Made by a program: the position numbers and the translations under genes. From positions 2,034 through 66,033 of the forward strand of contig LC659289.1 of the NCBI GenBank assembly GCA_020891255.1: a DNA stretch of 64,000 nt. Reading direction: 5' to 3'. Each line of letters starts with the position of its first letter. The first letter of the stretch is position 1. Below the pieces are notes generated by a model. It had not been told where the DNA came from. It saw nothing but the letters and a program-made list of their open reading frames with translations, and did not search any database. The stretch comes from Entomortierella parvispora E1425. Its lineage: Eukaryota > Fungi > Mortierellomycota. Below are positions 56,131-64,000 of this stretch, piece after piece.

Positions 56131-57024
56131 CTATAAAATAACTCTTGACAGAATAAAATTTTCTTTAAATATTTTATCACTTATACTATAATTTAAAATA
56201 GTTTGTATACTACGATTAAAATACTCTGCTGCTTTATTAGCCGAAGGAAAAGTATTAATAAGATTAGACTTATCTAAAGTATAAACATATATTGTAGTAC
56301 CTTTAGCCATACTCATTTTAAGTTTAGATTCTGCTAGATGGTTACGACCATACATCACGTTATTTTCACCTTTAAATTTTGCATTTGTTTCCTCCGATCG
56401 TTTTTGACCTTTACGACTTTCACTAATTTTAGCTTTGGACTCTTCAGTATGAATAAGACCTAACATTCCTCGTGGAAGATCTTTAATAGAAACTTTATAC
56501 ATTGGGTTAGCTTCACCTGTCATTTTAATACTTCTAATTAATTTGGATTCTTCAGATTGTTTATGACCTAAAGGAGATCCGGCTGTTTTTAATAGGTTAT
56601 AACTAGGTTTTAAGTTATCTATGTGTTTTTGCTCGATTTCAAGAATAAGTTTACGAGCATCAAATCTTGAAAGATTTGATACATCTATATATTCAAGTAT
56701 AGAAACACTAAAATTTGAGTACCCGTGTTGTAAGATTGCATTGTAAATATAACTATTCCCTTTATTTTTATTAGAAATAATAGATACTTTGTAATAATCT
56801 CTCAATCGGTTAGATAAATTAATTGAACTTCCAATATAAAATTTTCCTGTATCCTTATGCTCCCACATGTAGACACCACTAAGATTTTTATTCTCCTTTA
56901 AAATACGCGATTTCTCAATAAAAGCATTTTCATAAAAGATAACGGGAGTAATATTTACAGATTCATTATTTATATTAGTAGAATAAGATCGAATTATTGG
57001 GTTTGTTAAATTGTTAACCCCTCC
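56131..57024 (-). CDS. Free-standing GIY-YIG endonuclease; frame open upstream of the annotated ATG (56868), true start unknown
   Basis: TPVIFYENA...SGVYMWEHKDTGKFYIGSS; NUMOD3-like repeats; no ATG upstream of the GVY motif. Confidence 0.85.
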   Translation of the reverse strand, partial: GGVNNLTNPIIRSYSTNINNESVNITPVIFYENAFIEKSRILKENKNLSGVYMWEHKDTGKFYIGSSINLSNRLRDYYKVSIISNKNKGNSYIYNAILQHGYSNFSVSILEYIDVSNLSRFDARKLILEIEQKHIDNLKPSYNLLKTAGSPLGHKQSEESKLIRSIKMTGEANPMYKVSIKDLPRGMLGLIHTEESKAKISESRKGQKRSEETNAKFKGENNVMYGRNHLAESKLKMSMAKGTTIYVYTLDKSNLINTFPSANKAAEYFNRSIQTILNYSISDKIFKENFILSRVIL

Positions 57025-57026
57025 TT

Positions 57027-57872
57027 TTAAAATAGCTGTATTTCGTACAAGGGGGTGTTCATTATATTTGAAGAAAATGAACGGTTTAAATTAGAAACCT
57101 GATTATTGTTTGACATAGACGAAGATAACCAAACTTTGATACTAATAGCTCCATTTTTTCCTTTAAAAGAAAATTTGTTAGCATCAATTAAGCTATTATT
57201 ACTGTTAAGAGATAAAGTACCTATAGATTTTCGTACTACTCGTGTTCTAGAAGCTGCTTTTCGATTAGATAATCGTCCTGATATAACTATTTTAATACCT
57301 GATAAATACATCGGATCTAATCTAGTAGAAGAATACTTAATTAAATCTTTAATATTCTCTAGGTTATTTCTAATACTACTAGGTTTAACTAATTTTGCTT
57401 TTTTAAATAAATTTCGCGTAATCATATTAAATTTTCCTTTTTTTATATTAAAGGCAATATATTGCGCTAAAATGCAAGAATTTAAATAAGGATAATGAAT
57501 TCTTACAGGTCTTAATTCAACAGGTTTACCATATAAATTAGATAATTTTAAAATTAAACTAGAAAATTTAATAGCTTGTAAACTATTTTGTAAAGATGAT
57601 ATATTTCTTCTTGACTGTTTAGAAGATTTATTTATTTTTGATATTGGTAAATTTAAAAAATAATAAAAATTAATTACAATTTTATTAGAATCTTTATTAA
57701 ATTTAGGTTTCGAAATTAAAGCAAATTGAAAATAATGTTTAATAATATTTAAAGCTATTTTATCTGCTCCATAATAAGTCTGAAGTTCATTTTCAGAGCA
57801 GAAATGATATGATGTGTTTGTCCAATTTTGTTTTGTTTTTAATCGTAAACTTATAGGATGTTTACTACCCAT
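57027..57872 (-). CDS. rps3: Ribosomal protein S3 (fungal mt)
   Basis: HPISLRL N-terminus, VELRPVRIHYPYLNS, GIKIVISGRL, GAISIKVWL. Confidence 0.93.
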   Translation of the reverse strand: MGSKHPISLRLKTKQNWTNTSYHFCSENELQTYYGADKIALNIIKHYFQFALISKPKFNKDSNKIVINFYYFLNLPISKINKSSKQSRRNISSLQNSLQAIKFSSLILKLSNLYGKPVELRPVRIHYPYLNSCILAQYIAFNIKKGKFNMITRNLFKKAKLVKPSSIRNNLENIKDLIKYSSTRLDPMYLSGIKIVISGRLSNRKAASRTRVVRKSIGTLSLNSNNSLIDANKFSFKGKNGAISIKVWLSSSMSNNNQVSNLNRSFSSNIMNTPLYEIQLF

Positions 57873-57878
57873 TTTTTT

Positions 57879-58060
57879 TATTGTTTTCCCTCTTTAATCC
57901 TAATTTAGTCCATGTTAAATATAACTTTCCTAGTTTTTTTTCAAATAAAAAATCTCAGCCTATGATAGATCAAAGCTTTGATTATCCGGACCAATATAGT
58001 TAAATAAAACTATAAAATCAGACTAGGACGAGTGGCGATTACGCCTCCCTTGATATTTAT
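57879..58060. repeat. 182-bp inverted repeat, copy B (trnT-rps3 spacer)
   Basis: Exact reverse complement of 47951-48132. Confidence 0.95.
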
Positions 58061-58132
58061 TGCCAGATGTCTGAGTCGAACAAACAAAGTATGATTACAA
58101 ATCACAAATTTTACCAGTTAAATTAATCTGAC
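58061..58132 (-). tRNA. trnT: tRNA-Thr(UGU)
   Basis: TGA-TTTGTAA-TCA; acceptor GTCAGAT/ATCTGGC. Confidence 0.92.
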
Positions 58133-58520
58133 TTTATATTTGTATGTGAATTATAGCCACGAGTCGACATCGAATAAGCATTTAAAGGGTAGGCTTTAAT
58201 AAAAAATTGATTAATGATTTATTCTTCTCCTAGTTTCCCTCCTATAAGGGGATCATTAATTAATATAAAATAATGGTTTAATTACGCTAACTTAATCAAG
58301 GTTTTTTACCTTTTTAAACTATTTATTCATTATTGTTTGAAGAGTCCTTATCAGTATTTATTGAGAAATCCTCATAAAAAGATAAATGATAATTATTTTT
58401 AAACAATTTACTAGTTTTTGCATTTCTAAGTATAGTTGTATGAGAGCAGTTAAAAAATTCTACTGCTTTATTTATGAAATAGAATGTATTTATAAGTGAA
58501 TCTTTAGAATTAAAAACAAA

Positions 58521-58583
58521 TATTTATTGTCAAACGTCTGAATCGAACAGACAAGATATAATTACAAATCATGTATTTTACCA
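58521..58583 (-). pseudogene. 5'-truncated diverged copy of trnT
   Basis: Aligns to 58053-58116. Confidence 0.8.
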
Positions 58584-58753
58584 TAAAGCGTGTCAAATAA
58601 ATAAGTACAATATTATAATTAATATTAATTTGGAAACAAAATATACGTATAAGTTCAATGAAAAGTTCATTAATATTATTCAATTCAAATTTACCTTGTC
58701 AATCAGTAATTACTTATAATAACACGGAAACAGATAAAAACAGATTTTATTAG

Positions 58754-59536
58754 AAAATAGAAAAAAGTGGTATTTATTTATGGATCCTTAAAGATTCAGG
58801 AAAAATGTATGTCGGTTCGGCAGTAGATTTGTCTCTAAAATTAAAAGATTATTATTCTCCTTTAAATTTAATAAGAAGAGATACTTATATTTTTAGAGCC
58901 ATAATATCTCACGGTCATTCTGCATTTTCTTTGTCTATCCTTGAGTACATAGATATAACAAATTTATCTAAGGAAAAAATAAAAGCTTTGATTTTCTCTA
59001 AAGAGCAGTATTATTTTGATTTATACTTACCTGAATATAATACTCAAAAAATAGCAAGAAGTTCTTTGGGGCAAAAACGTTCAGAAGCCACTAAAGCCTT
59101 AATTAGTAAAATTAAATCTGGTTTAACTCATACCCCTAAAACTAGATTAAAAATTAATGAGACTCTTAAGGGTAAAAATTTAAGTAAAACCCTTAATACT
59201 GAAACAAGAACTAAAATGGCTTTAGCAAAAATAGGTAATAAAAACCCTAATTTTGGTAAGGTTCATACAGCTGAATCTAGAGCAAAAATGGGAGTTCGAG
59301 AAATTCCAATCTTTGTGTATTTGCTAGATGGTACGCTTGAAAATAATTTTACTTCTGTTACTGAAGCTGGAAAATTCTTTAAAGCTCAAAATAAAACAAT
59401 ATTAAAATATGTTAAAAGTGGTGAAATATTTAGAGAAAAATATCTTCATCTAAAAAATAGTCGGACCAACAATAATGATAGGGGAAATATATTATTATTA
59501 CAAGTTATAAATGTCGTTAAATTTGTTAATCAATAA
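58754..59536 (+). CDS. GIY-YIG endonuclease with disrupted start (in-frame TAG at 58751)
   Basis: [19 protein letters not shown]; C motif AACACCCCCC at ~59541. Confidence 0.75.
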   Translation, partial: KIEKSGIYLWILKDSGKMYVGSAVDLSLKLKDYYSPLNLIRRDTYIFRAIISHGHSAFSLSILEYIDITNLSKEKIKALIFSKEQYYFDLYLPEYNTQKIARSSLGQKRSEATKALISKIKSGLTHTPKTRLKINETLKGKNLSKTLNTETRTKMALAKIGNKNPNFGKVHTAESRAKMGVREIPIFVYLLDGTLENNFTSVTEAGKFFKAQNKTILKYVKSGEIFREKYLHLKNSRTNNNDRGNILLLQVINVVKFVNQ

Positions 59537-59598
59537 ATTTAACACCCCCCTCTTTTTATTTTTTTGCAATATCAATAAGATTAATAATAATAATAATA

Positions 59599-59669
59599 GA
59601 CTCTAGGGTCAGATGGTACGACGCTATTCCTTCACAATAGAATTACCGGTTCGATTCCGGTTAGAGTTA
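59599..59669 (+). tRNA. trnE: tRNA-Glu(UUC), atypical G8 and C33
   Basis: CTATT-CCTTCAC-AATAG; T-arm ACCGG-TTCGATT-CCGGT. Confidence 0.87.
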
Positions 59670-59880
59670 ATAATAAATAAGCTTCTCTGAAGTTTATCTT
59701 CAGAATTAATAGAAATATTATAAGAGAGTCTAATCTAAAAATGAATAAACCTTACAATAAACTAAAATTAAAAGAATAATTGCTTTTCACACTTACCTAT
59801 ATTAGAAAAATGAATGTTCAAAGTTTATAATAAGAACATATATTTAGTTATAATAATATAATATTAATAAATATATTTAC

Positions 59881-60014
59881 TTTTGTTAATAATATTAGAT
59901 AATTCTTAAATTATTTTTATAATACTATTTTATGTCATTATTTATCTTATATCAAAAATTATAAAATAATTAAAAAAGACTGGATTTATAATAATTTTTA
60001 ATAAAGGAGAATTT
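59881..60014. repeat. ~135-bp near-identical inverted copy of cox1 intron 4 segment 22656-22790
   Basis: Sequence comparison. Confidence 0.85.
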
Positions 60015-60271
60015 ATTTGTAGGAGTTTAATATTCTTTGGGACGGTCTTCTTTTGAAGATTTATAATTTATATTAATTATATCTTTATTTATATCTTTAT
60101 TTATATTTTCAATTTTTAGTATTGTGAAAGGTTTGTCTATAAGTAAACACTTTCTAAGCCCTTTCTCATTATATTATAAATAAACTTTTTATATTCTCAA
60201 TCTTATTAAAATTCTTTAAATTAAAACAATAATAAGACTTGTTGTTCAAGTCTTATTATCAAAGACAATGA

Positions 60272-60343
60272 GGGAATGTTACTTAACGGGTAAAGTGGTA
60301 AGCTTTTAACTTATTTATCAGAGTTCGAGTCTCTGCGTTCTCA
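60272..60343 (+). tRNA. trnK: tRNA-Lys(UUU)
   Basis: TAAG-CTTTTAA-CTTA. Confidence 0.93.
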
Positions 60344-60540
60344 TTCAACTATAAACTATTAACTATAAATAATATAGAACCTGGATAAGTCTATAGGTAT
60401 ATTCTGTTTCTTTATTTGTTTATAATCATAAATTATACAAAAAATTATGATCACTGAGAACAACGGTCATTAATTTCAATTATAATTATCAGTAATTACA
60501 TAATCTATTTATCAGGATCATTTATATTAAGATTAATTTA

Positions 60541-60625
60541 TATCAAGGTTCAGGTATCTTATCAAGGTTCAAGTCTCTATATATCAAGGTTCAAGTCTCT
60601 ATATATCAAGGTTTAAGTCTCTATA
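60541..60625 (+). repeat. Tandem repeat, ~4 x 22 nt TATCAAGGTTCAAGTCTCTATA
   Basis: Units start at 60541 (variant), 60560, 60582 and 60604. Confidence 0.92.
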
Positions 60626-60844
60626 AATCTTAAAGCTTTTTATATAATAAACAATATTCAAACTTTTCTAGAGGGAAAATAAGTATATTAATTCTTTCTT
60701 TTTCTTAAATTTCATTTCTAAAGAGAGGGGGGGCTTTAAAATGATCCTTTTAAACTTATCAAAATATATTATAAATAGAGGATTTTCTTTAAAGTTTAAA
60801 ATCTATTATTAATTTTTTCTTTTTTTCACAATTTCGGAGAAATA

Positions 60845-61770
60845 AATGATGTTTTAACATCGGTTGTTCCCATTTTAATTAATTCTAATGGGGAAACGGA
60901 TAAATCCAAAATTTTATCTGAAAATAAAGGTAAAACAAGAATTTATTTATGACTCATAAAGAATCTAATAAAAATATATTGGTAGTGTAGTAGATCTATC
61001 TAGACGATTAAAAGATTATCATTTCTCTTATTATTTAAAACGAACTAATAACATTATTAATAGAGTTATTATATCTCACACTCATTCTGCATTTAATCTT
61101 ACTATTTTTGAATATTTTAATATATCTAATCTATCTTAAGAAAATTCACGTAAATTGATTCTTGAACGAGAACAATATTATATTGACATATTTTTACTTG
61201 AGTACAATATATTAAAATTAACTGGAAGTCCTTTAGGATATGTTCATTCTGCAGAAACTCTTGTAAAAATGAGTGAAATTCAGAAAAGTATAGATAAAAC
61301 AAGTGAGAATAATCCAATGTTTAGTAGAATTGGAGAATTAAATCCAATGTTTGGAAAATCGCATACTTCTGAAACTAAAGAAGTATTAAGCAAAGCAAAT
61401 AAAAAAAATTAATTTAAGAAATAACTAAACAGAAAATGAATAAAGCCTTGTCCGATGAAAATAATCCCATGTTTGGAAGAAACCATTCTGAAAAATCTAT
61501 AGCTTTAATGAATAAAGCTATGATAGGGGATAATTATTCTATGTTTGGAAAATCTTATTCAACAGATACTTTAAATAAATTAAGTTAGGCAAATGGTACA
61601 ACTATTTATGTTTATTTTTTAGATAAAACTACTCTTGTAAATACTTTTCCTTTAGCTTTTAAAGCAAGAAAAATTTTAATGTAATTCATTCAACTATTAT
61701 GAAGTATGTTAGAAAAGACATAATATTTAAAAAACAGTGGATTTTATATACTGAAAATTTGCCTAAAAAT
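60845..61770 (+). pseudogene. Decayed GIY-YIG endonuclease
   Basis: RIYL*THKESNKKY, LILEREQYYID, ENNPMF repeats. Confidence 0.85.
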
Positions 61771-61982
61771 TAACTTAAGAAAAAGGAATAGAAGGAACTA
61801 TTCAATATAGTAACCTCGTATTTTTACACCCAACTTTTTATCAAGTTATTTTGTAGAATTTAATTTAGGGCACAATTGTTTATTTATAAATAATAGTATT
61901 GATATGTAATAATAAGTAAAAAATTTAAGTTATAACCTTATTTGTACAAATCTTTCTTAAATAAATAATTTAATTAAATAAT

Positions 61983-62057
61983 ATAAATGTTACTTAAATT
62001 GGTAAAGTAAATAAGTTTTTTTAATTTATTTTTCAGAGTTCGAATCTCTGCATTTTT
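61983..62057 (+). pseudogene. Eroded copy of trnK
   Basis: AATGTTACTTAA..GGTAAAGT..TAAG..TCAGAGTTCGAATCTCTGC. Confidence 0.82.
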
Positions 62058-62337
62058 ATTAGATACACTAAATGTATCTTACTATATTTATTTTATAAAT
62101 CTTACGATAAAAAGATTTATCTCGATTATTAATGTTAATTACCTTTTTTAAGTAATTATGTCGAGAGAAAAATCTATAAGTCCTTATATAAGAATAATTC
62201 CCCAGACGTTGGGACTTTTTTATCTATTTTGTGAAGCCGATATACTGGGAACAAAAGATAAATTAAAATATAAGGCTAGGGTTTATACTTTAGGATTATT
62301 AATTTAAAATTAATTTATCTATTTTTACACAATTAAA

Positions 62338-62946
62338 ATGAATTCTTTATTATTAGATTTATTAACGTTTTCTTCTGTATTATCTGCTATATTGGTAATT
62401 ACAGCTCGGTCACCTGTTATAGCGGTTATCTTCTTAATTGCAGTTTTTATAAACCTTGCAGGTTATTTAATTTTATTAGGAATTAACTTTATAGGATTAG
62501 CCTATATTATGGTTTACATCGGAGCTATTGCTATATTATTTTTATTTGTTATAATGATGCTTAATATTCGATTAGTTGAAATCTCTGAAATAGGAAATCA
62601 ATATAATAAAAATATTCCTTTAGCCATAATTATTGCATCTGTCTTAAGTTATTTAATATCCTTAAATACTATTTCATCAAAATTTGATCAAATTTATTTA
62701 ATTACAGCTTTATTCGATAAAGTGAATTTTTGGTTGGCAGGTATTACTTCTTCAAGTAATTCTCTTTATATAGGATTTAATTCTACTTATAACAATATCT
62801 TCGTTAACTATGATGAAGTTCAAGTTTTAGGTGCAATGTTATACTCTTCTCATGGATTGTATCTTGTACTTGTATCTTTTATATTGTTATTGGCAATGAT
62901 TGGGCCAATAATAATAACATTAGATAAAAAAAACTCCCCCCAATAA
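62338..62946 (+). CDS. nad6: NADH dehydrogenase subunit 6
   Basis: SPVIAVIFLI, YIMVYIGAIAILFLFVIMMLN, LLLAMIGPI. Confidence 0.97.
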   Translation: MNSLLLDLLTFSSVLSAILVITARSPVIAVIFLIAVFINLAGYLILLGINFIGLAYIMVYIGAIAILFLFVIMMLNIRLVEISEIGNQYNKNIPLAIIIASVLSYLISLNTISSKFDQIYLITALFDKVNFWLAGITSSSNSLYIGFNSTYNNIFVNYDEVQVLGAMLYSSHGLYLVLVSFILLLAMIGPIIITLDKKNSPQ

Positions 62947-63763
62947 TGCTTTAATTAAATCTAATTAAGTCGTACTTCTTAATAGTGTTTTATTAGTTTA
63001 TTAACAAATTTAATGCTAAAAACTTTTTTACTATAAAGAATATTTTCAATATGTTTAATTTTAATAAAGAAATCTTCAATGTTTCTAATAAAATAATCAC
63101 CAAATTTTTATTATTGAATTATAAAACTTTAATATCATTATTATCGTAAATTTTAACACTTTTAGAAAAAAGTTTAATTCTTCAATAATAAATTAAAATT
63201 CATTAAAAAGATAGATTTTAATAGTAATGTTAAATTTATAAATTAAGGAACTATGTAAAATACTGTATTTAGATAAATCCATAAATAAAGAACAATATTT
63301 TTAGAAAGAAATTTAGAATAAAAACCTGATTTTAAAACGATTTTATTAAAAATAAGGATTTAATTTTTAGGTTTATTAATATAAACGTATATAGGGAAAT
63401 ATCCTGCAATGAAAGTAGAGGCTGTGGAAATTTCATAAAAAGTTTCATGATAATGCATTTTATTAATTAATCTACTTTTAATAAGATTAGGGTCAATAGA
63501 ATTATTTTAAATAACTTGTTTATAAGTAAAAATAAATGTATCGTTAGTAATGGGAACTTTAAATAAAACTGTAGAATATTGGGATTTTTCAGTAATAATA
63601 TAAAAATAAAATAAAAATAATTATATCTTTGGATAGATGATAATGATCTGATAAATATTAAATACTTATAAAATAAGTAAATAAATTTATCCTCTATCTC
63701 TATAAATCAGTGAACATTACTGGTGATGTAATAAATATCTATACCTATGTACCAGACAGAAAA

Positions 63764-63834
63764 AGCCGTTAAGAGGAATCAAACCTCTATGGAGTTATTA
63801 ACAGTAACTTGCTTTATCATTAAGCTATAACAGC
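63764..63834 (-). tRNA. trnN: tRNA-Asn(GUU)
   Basis: AGTTA-CTGTTAA-TAACT; T-loop TTTGATT; only Asn tRNA found in the window. Confidence 0.85.
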
Positions 63835-64000
63835 GGATGGAAAGTGTTAACTGATTGTACAGTTAATAGACCTTTAAAGATATGAGGATAGAGATATAAT
63901 TGATCATTATAACCTTTTGGGCTTGATCCACGGAGGAAATTTTTTTAATAAACTTTACATCTTTTCTAGAATAAGCTAAGTAACCTGCAATGCACTTAGT

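Noticed and set aside
60541-60625. CRISPR-like array
   Set aside because: Contiguous tandem units with no spacers; mitochondrial context; no cas genes
63390-64000. GC-richer patches near the window end as a possible RNA gene or rnl start
   Set aside because: No recognisable conserved motif apart from trnN; context truncated

Overview
This window is most of an AT-rich fungal mitochondrial genome, probably Mucoromycota and Mortierellaceae-like. That placement is inferred from rps3, rnpB, apparent standard code with trnW(cca), and three CAU tRNAs. It begins inside rnl and contains rns, rnpB, 25 tRNAs covering all 20 amino acids, all 14 core OXPHOS genes (atp8 is missing from the ORF track) and rps3. 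cox1 has 4 group I introns and cox2 has 1. Two features stand out. (1) About 20 intact or decayed homing-endonuclease genes (GIY-YIG and LAGLIDADG), mostly free-standing, sit next to displaced 'shadow' copies of host gene ends: 3' ends of atp9, rns helix 45, atp6, nad5, cob and rps3; 5' ends of atp9, atp8, atp6 and cox2; and several tRNAs. This looks like a gene-terminus-swapping mobile system. (2) A C-rich motif (AAC[T/A]CCCCC and variants) marks the 3' end of nearly every gene. In cox1, cob, nad4, nad5, nad6, rps3 and a nested intron ORF it lies inside the reading frame before any stop codon, always in the same register (Asn-Ser/Thr-Pro). In atp8 it follows codon 48 in a different register. 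If the motif defines mRNA 3' ends, these mRNAs lack an encoded stop codon. All coordinates were read by eye; RNA and pseudogene boundaries are approximate.
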